A DNA stretch of 60,026 nucleotides, the filler included, from Sphacelaria rigidula (Eukaryota): the NCBI GenBank assembly GCA_964200075.2. It is 8 parts of 8 records of this genome, joined end to end, with 100 filler letters (N's around TTAATTAATTAA, not from the genome) between each part and the next. Parts side by side here need not be neighbours in the genome. Positions count along the whole stretch, not along the records: positions 30,067 to 37,481 come from CAXNAA020015027.1; positions 37,582 to 44,996 come from CAXNAA020015028.1; positions 45,097 to 52,511 come from CAXNAA020015029.1; 5 more parts are not named here. One strand, 5' to 3'. Made by a program: the position numbers and the translations under genes. Below, in pieces: positions 36,909-49,244 of the stretch. Every line of letters starts with the position of its first letter. Position 1 is the first letter of the stretch. The notes beneath the pieces were generated by a model. It saw only the letters and a list, made by a program, of their open reading frames with translations, was not told the origin of the DNA and made no database searches.

Positions 36909-37201
36909 CACGGGTGGCCACTGGGGTCTGTAACCTGGCCGTTTTGGGACCTTATCCACATTTGGTAAGGTCCGCGGATTAGGTGGACAACTGAAGAGCA
37001 ATCGCACAGTATGGACAGGTTCGAAACAAAGCATGTTCCAGTCTACAGGGGAGTCACCCGCCTATAGGCTGGGACATGTTTTGTTTCGATCCTGTCCATG
37101 CTGTGCGAATGCTCTTGAGTTGTCTACCCAGCCCGCGGACCTTGCCAAAGGTGGATAAGGTCCCAAAATGGCCAGGTTACAGACCCCAGTGGCCACCCGT
37201 G
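36909..37201. mobile_element. Fold-back MITE with CAC...GTG ends (CMC/EnSpm-like), 293 bp
   Basis: GG|CACGGGTGGCCACTGGGGTCTGTAACC...CCACCCGTG|GG. Removing it with a 2-bp TSD restores HPPTNGRTERVN. Confidence 0.85.
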
Positions 37202-37431
37202 GGTAGGACTGAACGAGTCAACCGTACGATGGCTCAAATGCTTGCAACGGTGACTAACGAACGACAAACGGACTGGGACTTGTATTTTCCCCTTGTTCAG
37301 ATGAATTCCAACAATTCAGTCAATGCCGCAACGGGATTGACTCCCAATGAAGTTCATATTGGCCGTATGCCCAGGTTGTCACTGACGGTGTTCGAACGGA
37401 AACCTTTCGGAGGCCATCAAAATTTGAATCG

Positions 37432-37481
37432 GAGTCATCCTACGATAAGGGGGGGTATTTTGGGCCATTTGTTGCTCGATA
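37432..37481. mobile_element. Terminus of a Sola2-type MITE (contig end)
   Basis: GAGTCATCCTACGATAAGGGGGGGTATTTTGG. Confidence 0.6.
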
Positions 37482-37581
37482 NNNNNNNNNNNNNNNNNNN
37501 NNNNNNNNNNNNNNNNNNNNNNNNNTTAATTAATTAANNNNNNNNNNNNNNNNNNNNNNNNNNNNNNNNNNNNNNNNNNNN
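37482..37581. other. Artificial contig linker
   Basis: N-run + TTAATTAATTAA + N-run. Confidence 0.98.
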
Positions 37582-37717
37582 ATAACGCTCATCCATACTG
37601 CCTGATACCGTTTGGAACCAAATACAAGCGCGACGCAAGTGTGGAGAGATGTCTGACACACTTATGAGCCTCCTTTTTCGTGCAACCAAATACCCCCCCT
37701 CCATCGTAGGATGGCTC
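37582..37717. mobile_element. Terminus of a Sola2-type MITE (contig start)
   Basis: Ends CCAAATACCCCCCCTCCATCGTAGGATGGCTC (reverse complement GAGCCATCCTACGATGGAGGGGGGG). Confidence 0.6.
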
Positions 37718-38335
37718 AGTTGGTGATTATTCATCCCGGATGTAGTGCTGATGATGAATGTGCTCTCAAATCACCCCCCGCCCCCCCCCCCCCCCCACAG
37801 CTTGGCACACGCACAAAACCTCATCAGGTTTCAGAATGACGTCGGTGGACGGGAGGAGTCGTGCCGATCGTGTGTCCCAACACCAATCGCGCAGCAGCGG
37901 CAACGCTCCGACCACCGAAGGGTCCTAACCGTGAGGGATATTTCCCACGCACACACACGCCGATTCTTGACCAGCGGCGTAAATAGTGTAGCTATAAAAC
38001 ATATGAGGGTGTGGACCTACCGAGGCAGTGAAATGCTAAAATAGCGCCCTCCTTCGCTCGTACAAGCTCCTCGTTCATTCGATGAAAGCTTTCCCACCGT
38101 GACGTGCATCCTTCCGCACGCCGTGGCCCCCTTCCTTGAGCTCTCCACAGAGGGGTTTCACCACAGGGGAGCGCAGCTTCTATTTCCTGCCTGTGCATCC
38201 TAGGGTCCGCCTGTCGATGGGAGAGACACCCGGGTGTCTTTGTCGGCAGCCTCACAAGACTGTTGGCGTCAAAGGTGCGCCTCTGTGGCAGGGTTGCCGT
38301 CGCAGAGGGTTTGAGGGGAGGTGGGGTGGGTCTCG

Positions 38336-41300
38336 TTACCGGCGAACCAGCGTTAGGCGTTCAATGGCGCCCTCGTCCATCATAGCCGGAACGTCTGCCA
38401 GGGATAGCTCCCTTGGCGTACCCCCGCCCCATTCTACCTTGTACGAGTATCGGCGAGAAGTGTCATGAAATGATTGCCCGACGATACGTCCCTCAAATAA
38501 CTTGGCTCCTTCCCAAGCGGGCGTCGCACGGCGCCGTCCCTCGACGTATACGATGGGCGCGCGAATTCTCCGCTGGATTACCGTTCCCTCGGGAAACATG
38601 CCGTGCGCTCTCACCGGGGCTCTGGCGACGTCGGAAACATCGTGAGAGGTGTGAGGATGGTCAACGAACGCCGTCGATGGATTCAAGGACATCAACACAG
38701 CATTGCTGCGAGCATTCTTAATCGAAACCGTCGTCAGTTGCCACTCGGATGTATCCCATCTGCTTTGCGTCATGTACGCAGACATCGGCATGCCCAGAGC
38801 CGCAAAACTCGCAAGAGGGATAGCGCGTAGGTTCCGGTGGCTGACTGTCTGCGAGGTACCAAGAAACCACCGCCCTCCTCCGTCAGTGGCCTGCTGGATG
38901 TCGTGAATCCACATCATGATGTCTCCCGCATCGAACATTCCATCCGAGGAGAAGGCCCTGTCCCATGGGGATGGAGCTTGACGCGCGATCACGACAGGAA
39001 AAATATCCTGGCCCTTATTTTCGCTCGCGTTCACGCGGATAAGCGCCGTGGACCCATAAGGTAAGCCCTCTTGCATGCGTGTGAAGGTGGTGCCCATCTC
39101 CACCTCCCGGTCGCTGATGGGCTCATCTGGGTCGCGCCGCCGCGACCATTCCATCGGCGCCGAAATCACTCCACGCTGGATTAGTGGCCACAGATGCCCC
39201 TCTCCGGTGCGGCATCTCTGGCATCTTCGTAATTACAGACATAAGTGATCGGCACACGTCAAGTGACGGTGAGCATGGGCGGAAGTACAGTTGACTCTTT
39301 CCGGGGTCGACGACTCATCCTACGACGATGGGGAGGGGGTACTCATGATCCTCTATGTCGTAGTAATATAACCATAGACGTCGCGTCCCTACAAAGCCCG
39401 GGCGGAGCACGCTTGGTTCCGTCCGACCCGGCTCGCAATCAATCACCCGCCGCAAAGTGTCGCGGAGTGCTCGGTGGGTCGCATAAAGGGCGAGCGGCAT
39501 CCTGCTTACATTGTTCCGCTCGAAGTGTGCTGATTTCTTCTTCTGGATGACAGTCTCTCGTGAGTTGGTTCATGTTATGGTATCACGACATCTATAGACA
39601 GCCACGGCTTATACACTGCGTCATGGGAGACTTGCCATTTAAACACTAGGTAACATGATCATGTCTTCTGCGCCGATTTGAGGCTTTCCCATCCGCACAA
39701 TTTCATCCAGCCCGAGTACGATCGTGGTTACCGCGAAACACCCCACTAGTAGCAGGCGAACAAAAGTGGTAACCTGGTTGCCTACGTTGCGCATTGAGTG
39801 GCGTGTTTTGTATCGTGAGCGACAACAGACGCCAACCCCACCGGGGGGGGTCCGCCCCTGCTATGTCGGGACCGAGCACGCCGGGCTTTCGCCGGGCGAC
39901 CGTGTCGATGAAGGGGGGTGGGTGGGGGGTATTTCGGAGCATTCCTCTTCGGAAGTAGTCATGAATGCTTAGCTCAATGCGATGGTCATCGATATATATC
40001 GCTCATTCCTACCTCTGAACACCGCATTGATTGAGATACAATTGCACCGTGAGAGGTGTAGGTCGTGCGACACACCGACAAGCCTCTTACTGTCGAGTCA
40101 AGAATATCCCTGTACCGTAGGGTGGGCCCGATGGCTACATTTCCAGATGAACCTCCCTCGAGGGTAAGTGTGGCATCCATCTTCCATCCCGTCGATGAAG
40201 TGCCCGCGATCATTAGCAGAAAACACTTGCGTCCATGACTGTGAACTCCGATAATACCGCCTATCTCGATTGTGCAGTCGTTAGGCTTCGTACTCACCCG
40301 CAGGATAGCTGGTACGACGCCACCACTCCCGGCGTGGACGTTGCTGCGATTCGAAACAGAGACATGCAGCCGCTGACATGGATGGCCATCCGGGATGATG
40401 CAGCACTAGGACGTGTTGCAGCAACTTCCATCTTGTGGACGAATAACACCTTGCGTCCGAGAAGTGTGTTCTTCCGTTTCGTCAGTGCGAAGCATCTTGT
40501 CGCCTGGTTCGTGTCCTCTGCTCCGCACGCGTTTTACGGAGCAAAACCGGGTGCGCAAGCTCGTGAGAAACCTCTTCTTCGATCTATGTTGGCATTTTGG
40601 GGGTGTAACTCGGGTCATGGCTCTCACATGTCATGAATCATCATGCACGCTCGTCATATACATCCGTGCTCTCCTCCCATTGCCTCATGAACCCACCGGC
40701 GCTCGGCGGTGCCTGCCTCGAAACTTGACGCTACGGAACGAAACTCACCACATTTATCGTCGCCATCAGTACCTGACCACTGCCCATTGTGCCGAAGGAC
40801 TGATGTATCTCGGCGCCGTTGGCCTCGCGAAGCTCGAAGCGAAGCTCTGGCGCAATGTTTTCGTAAAGATCGAACGAACTCAGGATCCGCATCTTCCCCG
40901 TCACGACCTGGTGCCTTATAAAGGTCTTCACGACGCCACCCTTGCCGTCTAACACGCTCTTGCCGTGACATGCGGGGAAGTAGAAGGCTTGAATATGAAG
41001 GCGTCGGGCTGGGTCACCGACGACATACACTTTGCAGTCCCCGATGTATTTGAATGCCTTGGCGCATTTTAAGTGCTTCCCGCGCAGTTATCACTAGCGG
41101 TGGTAGCGCGTGTCATGGGTGCTGCACCTACTCTCTCAAGCATAGTCGGGATTTCCGTTCGAAGCAGTCTGTTGAATGTGTGCTGTACCCACGCATTGTC
41201 TTGTGAGCTGTCGTCGCTCAGTACGATAAACGAGTATACCCATACTTTGCCATGGAGCCTGAAGAAGACCGGAACGGGGAATAGAGTGGTGGAGTCGCGA

Positions 41301-43600
41301 TTCCAGTGCTGAAACTGCACCTCGTCCTGCTCATCGTGCGTATAGCGCTCTTGGAAGTCGGCGACGAGGATGACGTGCCCGTCTTCGAGGGTGGCAATCA
41401 TTTCATCGAACGCCACTCTCTGCATATATTTTTGTCGTCGATGAGGAAAGAGGCGGAGTGCAGTGGACCTCACATCCGCGAACAATTTATCCACAAAACC
41501 ACTTCACCAAACCGCCGCCTGTTCGATGTCGGGGGTTGTATAGGCGAGGGACACCACGAGGCCAGCAATCTTAGAACAACTATATCGAGCGTTGTTTCTC
41601 CGAAGTCGGTATAAGTGTATAGTCTGTGTATATTGTAAATCCGTCTCTGTTACCATAGTCGGCACGGCCAGGACATGTGAGGAGTGATGCTACGGTGGGG
41701 TCGCACGAACTTGTTATATGGGGAAAATTCTCAGAAGCTATTCATCTCGGCCCACACACGAGAATCATGGAGTATGTATGAGAGCGTCTGCCAGGGTGAC
41801 TACCTCAATAGGCTTTGTATATCCCGCTTGGATTTGCAAACGGGGGTGCCCTCACTCATGTTCCCATGCGTCTAGAAGTTGCACTAGGAGTCCCTGAGGC
41901 AGGTGAAGGCTTCCGCAAAAAAGTGCATCTGCACTGTAGCGTTGCTCTTTCGGGCTTCGGGCAATAGGTGGGAACGATAAGGTTGTAGTCGCGGGCGTTC
42001 AGTGCCTATGAGTGGACCGGTCGTGGCAAGGTTGTGAGACCTTAATTCCTTGTTTTTCAGTTTTCGTGTGTGTGCGGGCGGAGTGTCGCATGTGTGACCA
42101 TTTAAGGTGTGCGTGAGCCTAAACCTCAACGCCGCGGCGTGCCCTGTTGTTATCTTGCAGTATTGTCATCGATCAACATTACAACGCATCTTCCGAGGAG
42201 GTCAATCTCTGTTCACTCCTTGCGGCTCCCCCGAGTCGCCCCCGTCGTTGTTCACGTGTGTTGCACGCCGCTCCCCCCTCCGCGATGGCGGGATCTCTTT
42301 ACCCCTCTCGTCGATGGCGACGAAGACCTCCCATCAAAGTTCGCGTTGTTGACCGAGTCCCCCATCTTCAGCGGCATCCCGGTGGGCCTATCGATGGCGA
42401 GGGCAGTAGTAGAGGAATGTGCTTTGCCGCTTCTCGCATTCCGGGCAATGTCCCATGACGCACGCGTTTGTGTGTGCCGCGATATCATTCCCCCCTTCGG
42501 TCCGGTACAATCGGACCTTCTCGCAGAGGAGGCGATCACACAGCGAGCCCATACTGAAGACGTCCTTCACGCTTGACGATGGGAGGAATTTTTGACACCC
42601 ACCGTGTGCGTATAGGTCGCAATGGCAAGTGCACTGCGAGCCCGGTGTCTCCCCGCGATGAAGCTGTGGCCATAGACATACTAGCGACTTCATAATAAGC
42701 TTGCCCTTGTAGCAGTGTGGGCGTAGACAACATCGAAAAGACTGGCTGATGACGTTGAATGGCAGCAGCTTGTCGAACGTGCCTCTTGATACGCGGTCGG
42801 TCTCCGACTTTCCCTCTATGAACTGGGGCCACACAGCATGGACATGGCGGGAATGGAGCATCGGCGGTAGGTCGTGGGGTCTCAGTGTGGTAGTGTGCGT
42901 TAGGTGATCTACCAACCGTCCCGGGGGGGGTGACGTGTGTTCACAATCAGTCGGGCTGGCGGGGATACAGACTTTGTATCCGGTGTCCAACGACTGGGCC
43001 TACAGCCGAGAGGTTCATACATCATCTGTCACAAGGGGTGCAGGAACTACGCATCGTTGGTCAAAGCTGAATGTCAATCTGCCGTTAATGACGACAGGGG
43101 GGCACCCTGAAATACACACATATATATATATACATTTTCTTGGGTGTTCATGTCCATACGCGGGCGGCCTGCTCACCGCATCCGCAAATGACTTGCACAC
43201 AGTTTCATGCAAGTCCGTCACCGACCCAAGCATGTATCGTACGCTCCGGGCTGGGCACCTCTCCGGTTGGAGGCACTCCAGCGATCGGTCGACAGGAGAT
43301 CGGCGATGAAAACCGGGTCTGTAGTCGTGCTTCGTCTTAGTGTCGCTGGGAGAGGGCTGGGTATTGTCGTCGATGATGTCCCTCACCAAAGCGAGTGCTT
43401 GAGGGCAGCGAGTGTCGAAGCAGTCACTGCGCCTTGCACGTTTCCCGGTCCTGTCACGTGGGTTCGCCATTAAAAGTATTGGTCTGGTGAGAACTTGTTC
43501 TCTTTTGTGTTGCCGCCGCAGAGTTTCTAATTTTAGCATACCTTTTCACGGCCGTTCGACGCAATATTTTTCTGAACACACCTGTCCGTTCAGATTGTTT
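38336..43600 (-). pseudogene. Decayed Sola2-type (DDD) transposase with a C-terminal extension
   Basis: ADFQERY..DEQDEVQFQHW...TTLFP, FIVLSDDSSQDN, SDNCAG (frameshift) and YFPACHGKSVLDGKGGVVK at 40930-41400. Upstream SRGTFDKLLPFNV...CCLRPHC; downstream CQRCRTG leads into the 277-aa ORF 38336-39169. Confidence 0.75.
39335..39905 (-). mobile_element. Insertion carrying the second oligo(C)-tailed LINE-like 3' end, inside a MITE TIR
   Basis: Minus strand ...ATCATGAGTACCCCCTCCCC abuts GACTCATCCTACGA (39312). The rest of the TIR (GATGAAGGGGGG...GGGGGGTATTT) resumes at ~39907. Confidence 0.55.
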
Positions 43601-43740
43601 ATGCTATGGGGGATATCACAACCGTCTCCACAACAATAAACGCGCCACACACGTAAGTCGATTATTCCAGCGTGTACTTACAGTTCCGTGGCGTCCTCCG
43701 TGCTCAACCCTCGTTTCCATCTTTCTAAACAATCACGTTT

Positions 43741-44620
43741 CCTTGACTGTCATGGAGGATCTCATTCTCTGGCATGCCGGGCCTGGTTCAGAAACCAGCC
43801 CCAAACAAGCGCCTCAAGGGGGGGTTTTCGTAACCCAACACAAACGTAACTTGCTGTATGCAAAAGATTTACCGCCGGTATATGAAACCAGGCAGTCGGC
43901 ATTATGGCGGTCGTCAGTGGTGACACCTGTTGATGCGTACAGAAACGATAGGACACCGACTCGCTTACGCGAGGGCTGGTTTCAAAAACCACGAACAAAT
44001 GCACTTTGGCGATGATTTGAGCTCGGGTTCAAATCTGCGCGCGAAGCCTTGGCTGTCATGGAGGATCTTGTTCTTCGGCATGCCGTACCTGGTTTCAGAA
44101 ACAAGCCCCATACAAGCGCCTCAAGGAGGGGGTTCGTGACCCAAGACAGACATAACTTGCTGTATGCAAAAGATTTACCGCCGGTGTATGAAACCAGTCG
44201 GCATCATGGAGGGCGTCAGTGGTGACACACCTGATGATGCGTACAGAAACGATAGGACACCGAGTCACTGACGAGAGGGCTGGTTTCAAAAACCACGAAC
44301 AAATGCACTATGTACGACGGCTTGAGCTCGGGTTCAAATCTTCGCGCGAAGCCTTGGCTGTCATGGAGGATCTTGTTCCTCGGCATGCCGTACCTGGTTT
44401 CAGAAACAAGCCCCATACAAGCGCCTCAAGGAGGGGATTTCGTAACCCAGCACAAACGTAATTTGCTGTGCGCCAAAGAGTTACCTCCGGTGTACGAAAA
44501 TAGTCTTTCGGTATCACAGCGGTTGTCAGTGGTGACACACGTGTTGACGCGTACAGAAACGATAGCACACCGACTCACTTACGCGGGGTCTGGTTTCAGA
44601 AACCATGAACAAGTGCACTA
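43741..44620. repeat. Tandem repeat, ~305-bp unit x ~2.9
   Basis: CCTTG(A/G)CTGTCATGGAGGATCT recurs at 43741, 44047 and 44352, and units align throughout. Confidence 0.92.
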
Positions 44621-44996
44621 TCATCAAGGGGAGTGAAATTATGCTAGGCGCAAGCGCGGGCGGTCACGCGTCAGTATAGTTTACTCGGCTCATGCCACAA
44701 CGTGTGAACCATTACGTCAAGCACCTTCGGCGGCACATACGTATATCGTCACCAGTGTCATTTATCGCACTTGTGTCGAGTATGTTATTCACTGGGTTAC
44801 GAGACAGACGTCACGTGTGTGCATCCTGTAGGATGTACCGTCGTTGCAGTGCTGCCCCTGTCGTTGCACATGTGCAGAACCAAAGCACCTGGCTTACCAA
44901 CTCAGTCACGTGGCGCATCGAAGAACCATATATCACATGATTCCTTGTTGGATAGTCATGGCATCCCTGGATTGGACCCTTGGGTTATGGTATTGC

Positions 44997-45096
44997 NNNN
45001 NNNNNNNNNNNNNNNNNNNNNNNNNNNNNNNNNNNNNNNNTTAATTAATTAANNNNNNNNNNNNNNNNNNNNNNNNNNNNNNNNNNNNNNNNNNNN
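44997..45096. other. Artificial contig linker
   Basis: N-run + TTAATTAATTAA + N-run. Confidence 0.98.
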
Positions 45097-45215
45097 AAGC
45101 CTATTGATTTTCCTGCATTTGGATGACAGCCTACAATGAGTTGCTTTATTCTGTGGTAATGCCACTTCCAGAGACAGCCACGGCTTTTACACTGCCTCAT
45201 GGGTGTCTAACCATC
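45097..45215 (-). mobile_element. Fragment of the second LINE-like family
   Basis: Homologous by eye to 39530-39628 and 15240-15305. Its 5' junction abuts a G/C run at 45215-45235. Confidence 0.55.
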
Positions 45216-45598
45216 GGGGGGAAGGGGGGGGGGGGTCTACATCGGCACATTGTCAAATTCGACGAATCGCGGCACAAACCGCAAGTATTATAAGAGTGGT
45301 AACAAACAAACACAGTATAGAAGACGACAACATGTATCGAGTGTTGGGGTCTGATTAAGACCTACGGTATTGCCTTACGCCGCCACACCCCTCCCTTCCC
45401 CCATCCTGACGTAGGTACACTCTCACGGTGTACTCCGAGAGTATGAACGCGACACAGCCATAGTTGGCAACCGATCGGTCATTTCTCGCGTTGTTGTATC
45501 CGCGGGGAAGTAAGGGTTATGTGACCAAGGACACTCGCTGAGAGACACGTGCCGAAAAGATGCAATTCACCGGCGACTGTTTTCACACGAGGAAACGC

Positions 45599-45872
45599 TC
45601 AGCTGGATCTGCGATCTTCGCACCTTTGCTCTTCCATGGTGGCGCAGGCGAGCGGTCGGGGAACGCTTGCCTTCCTCGCTTTCTTCTCGCTATTCGACGT
45701 GACGCCGTCTCCGGCTGGATCCTGAGATTCTTTCCTCTTCCGGCGCTCTGGGTCGCCCTGACACGATATGCAAAGGCGCTTTTTTCGCTCGACCAGAGTC
45801 GCATCTTCTGAGATAGGGACGAGCAGGTCGTAGAACGTATGGTGTGCAACCCTGCAGTGCGTGCATCGGTAT
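45599..45872 (-). CDS. ParB-like/PHD-like gene, exon with the second half of the zinc finger
   Basis: Pyrimidine tract-CCGCAG|A (phase 2). Encodes (R)YRCTHCRVAHHTFYDLLVP...KRLCISCQGDPERRKRK. 3' boundary uncertain. Confidence 0.65.
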
Positions 45873-46011
45873 CTGCGGGAATGGGGAAAGAGGAATATAT
45901 GTCTGCGATGAATCGATCGACAGTCTCGCGAGCAATGCCTTTATCGATGGGTGTGTATCTCGGTGCCCGCCCTCCGACTAGATACTCTATGTGCGCTAAT
46001 TTCACTCTTAC

Positions 46012-46244
46012 CTGACGTGTAGGGTGGGTTTGCACGACTCGCACACTTTGCCCTCGCGACTACCCGCTGCTGGGCGGTCCCGGCCCTCCTCACCCTCGCC
46101 GTCGGCTTCCCCAACGGATGCGTCCTTCACATCTCCCTCGCCGCCGCTACCCACGAGTTTTAAACGCGCTGTCTTGTCGTTTATCGCGTTCCACTTTTCC
46201 CTCCACGTTTCGCTGAAAGACTTGAGGGTCCCTCTTTGTGTCAT
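46012..46244 (-). CDS. ParB-like/PHD-like gene, exon with the first CxxC
   Basis: TCGCAG|ATG...GTCAG|GTAAGA. Encodes MTQRGTLKSFSETWREKW...KVCESCKPTLHV. Phase 0 to 2. Confidence 0.7.
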
Positions 46245-46516
46245 CTGCGAACGACGGTGAGGGCAATATCTCTGGTATGTCAAGTATGAACTAAGATACA
46301 AAATAAGGGACGGCCGGCAGCAAGTCTCTGCTTTGTCTCTGGAGTGCAAATGCATGTGGGCGGTGGTGTTTCACACTCCTCGACCAGTACTACCGGGAAA
46401 GACACAGTTGACTTCCGTGCCTGAGCAGCGAGGCCGGTCACCGATCAGCTCGCGACAGCGAATATGTGTCTCAACACTCTTAGGATAAAGTCAACTACCG
46501 ACGGGGAGTAACGCAC

Positions 46517-47018
46517 CAACTCCAAGGGCCGTGGAATTCTTCCCTTGTAGACCGCCTCGAATTCCTTCATGGCTTCGCTTTCCTGTTCTTCAGCCGGCAG
46601 GCTTTCTCCTGTCTCTGATATTGTCTTGTCTACGGACGATACATAGTCCCCCACGAACGGCTGGAAATATTGCAACCCGTACGTACCGTTTACCATTTTG
46701 TGCTCGCCGCTGTTCGCAGAAATCGGAATCGAAAACATCAAACGTCGCACCAAATTCTGTGACAGGTCGACTAGTGTGCAGAGATACTCACGTACACGGC
46801 GGCGCATTCTCACGTGGCCTCGATATGGACAGAGCGCCTTACCTCGGGCGGCGGCTGGGCTACAGATTAACGGCACTGACTCCTTGAACCTGTCCGTCCA
46901 AGCAAGACGAGGCACCACGCTCTCGTTTCTCTCCACTTGGTTGTGCGCGATGCGGGCGTTTTTGGTGATCCGATCCCAGTCTTTCGGTGTGGATGTCATC
47001 TTGTTCGCCCTCGAATGT
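46517..47018 (-). CDS. ParB-like/PHD-like gene, internal exon(s)
   Basis: GCCAG|A (phase 2) to TTG|GTGCGT (phase 0). Frame is open throughout and may hide a small intron. Confidence 0.55.
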
Positions 47019-47567
47019 CTGGCGTGGCACGGTCGAAATCGAGGATGAATGTTGTTTGGGTACCGTCCTTGGGATCTTTCATAAGCATCGCGATATATTC
47101 GAAATAAAGACACACCTGCACTCTCCGCCTGTGATGTGTGGCCTCGCTCATCCTCGAAAACAGCCATCTACAATTCGTGACCTCTGGTGTTTATACGGGT
47201 CGATATCGTTCTCCAGTGATTCCGGTACAAAACACTGTTGATGTTATATTTTGTTTGCTACGATGAGTGAGGTCACACATCCCAAGCGGAAAATGCATTT
47301 GAATTTTATTTCGAAACCTTTTCGATGTTGATGAAGGTTCCCGACGTTCGTCCTCTACCAAAACTCTATCCTCAATTTTGAAAATAGACTGCTTCACGCG
47401 GAGGGGGGAGGTATGTGTAGTTATACCTTGGAAAAATTGGTTATGGCTGTCTATCAAACAGTACACATACCACATGACACACTCTCGGCATCCTTCGGTG
47501 CGGCGAATTAAAGGAAGATAACTCGAGATTATCACAACAAGCGACTGGATGTACCGGCGGTGCATAC

Positions 47568-47803
47568 CTTACGAGCGTATTGACGGCGATCGATTGCGCT
47601 GCGGGTTTGGCATGTAGATCGCTGTAAGCCTTGCTCTTCAGGTACGTCAGCGAAATACATTTCGCGTCGATACCGGGGTCCGACGTCTGGAACGCCCAGG
47701 CAATGACCTTCATTGCTTCCGGTGTAGTGGCGAAGCAGGCCTTTCGCCAGTGCCGCATTGTCACCAGCGACAGAAAATTCAAACCCAGGGGGCACCATCG
47801 GAC
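47568..47803 (-). CDS. ParB-like/PHD-like gene, probable internal exon (acceptor unresolved)
   Basis: LSLVTMRHWRKACFATTPEAMKVIAWAF...NTLV, ending AG|GTATGC in phase 2 matching the next exon. No canonical AG found at the 5' side. Confidence 0.45.
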
Positions 47804-48270
47804 CGTGCAGAAAAACATCAGCAGATGCGGTGAATCCGAGTCGGCCGTTTCAGCGTCCGTGGAAGTTCAAAATGATTCATATTACCGTACACAAATTATC
47901 CCGACTGAACAGAATATCGGTACCGGCCCCCACATCGAATCGTCGCCCCCCCGCTCCAGAGCGGAAACCTCACTGCGACCGTCGTGCGTGCTGCATTACA
48001 TACGTGGTCGACGTCTGTCGTGTTCGCTTCACACTGGATTGTTTCTCGGCGTACGAGCGGTGGGAGACGCAGTACACGCGTCGTAAATCGTCCGGCAACT
48101 AGTTTACAACAGTACAAGCGGACTTGACTCGGTTCCGAGATGTAACGTACATGACCCGCGGCGCACATATGATACAATACGACTTTAAACTTCACCCAAT
48201 GGCCACTATCGTCCCCGTGTAATGCAGATCCGGTTTTGTAGTACCCCGTATTCCACATTCCACTACTCAC

Positions 48271-48413
48271 GTTCGTGAACTCCTTTGCTATTTGTTCCCC
48301 CGTGACGGCATCGCTCCCTGTCCTCTCCTGGACCGAGGTTATGATCCCAACGTACATGCAAAGCTTGTCGTACGTGTTGCGGGGGGACAGAGTCTCGCCG
48401 ACATCGTTTAAAG
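48271..48413 (-). CDS. ParB-like/PHD-like gene, exon 2
   Basis: AACAG|CT...AAC|GTGAGT. Phase 1 matches exon 1 and gives RILGN-ALNDVGETLSPRNTYDKL. Confidence 0.7.
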
Positions 48414-48704
48414 CTGTTCGAAGGCATGCAGGCAGCAGCAACGGTTGACGCGGTTATTATTCTCCGATGTTCCAGACTTTTTATTCGAAAACATTTCCTC
48501 TCTGACACAGCTGATGCTGGTCAACAACAATATAAATCTATAAAGTCGTCTCTTTGGTCCTTCATATGTCTTTCTGTATTCGCTCGGACGATCCCAAGAC
48601 ACTTTGCGTTTGAAGGCGGACAGAGGTAAAACATTTGCCAGGCTCGTATGTTTGTCCGAGCACGGTCAGCCGGGAAACAAAAGGCCCCGTGTTTTATCCA
48701 ACAG

Positions 48705-48900
48705 ACTGTTCTTGGGCAAAAATGCAATTGTTGCAAAAATCACCTGCGGCCACCGGAAAACGCAAAGGTGTTTCTGAACTGTCTCAACGAGTGCAGCAAT
48801 ACAATCGCAGATGTCAACAATCGCGTACGAGGTCGTTCGTTCGGCCAAAATCAAAAACGGCCACCAGAAAAACGCGAAGGTGTCCTGCAATCATCTTAAC
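48705..48900. repeat. Two fragments of the Harbinger-like MITE arm in intron 1
   Basis: GCGGCCACCGGAAAACGCAAAGGTGT and CGGCCACCAGAAAACGCGAAGGTGTCCTG resemble the reverse complement of 10030-10085. Confidence 0.5.
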
Positions 48901-49192
48901 GGCTGAAGCACGACATTCGGAGGTGTCTGCGTATGGGCCGTAACCCGATGCATCTGGACCACATGGACAGTTCGTGTCACGTTATTCTCGCCTGCCATAA
49001 GAATCGGCATGATAAGTGGCGACAGCCGAGCTGCCGATTATGTCGACAGACCGCACGATGTAAGTCCGACTGCATGTTACTTCAGAACTGTGGCGTTGGA
49101 ATCTGCTATGTTTTGTTTTCGTTTGGAATCTGAGAATTGAACGAAAGGTCTGAAAAAAATGCGCCTAAACACGTCCCGTCGATGACGATCGG

Positions 49193-49244
<52 letters not shown>

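Larger units (their letters stand above)
31360..37431 (+). mobile_element. Decayed Ty3/gypsy pol (PR-RT-RH-IN) with nested MITEs
   Basis: DSGSPQTFI (~32770), SPWASPLVAVRKKNGKIRL, PQGVAGAPGTFQRVM, VIYTDHKPL, NANADFLSR and integrase NGRTERVNRT. Domain order is gypsy. Confidence 0.93.

Noticed and set aside
37432-37717. Apparent complete MITE with matching TIRs spanning the linker
   Set aside because: The two halves are on different size-sorted contigs and the flanks give no TSD. Both contigs simply break in the same abundant family.
43741-44620. CRISPR-like array
   Set aside because: Whole 305-bp units repeat. There are no short repeats with unique spacers and no cas genes.
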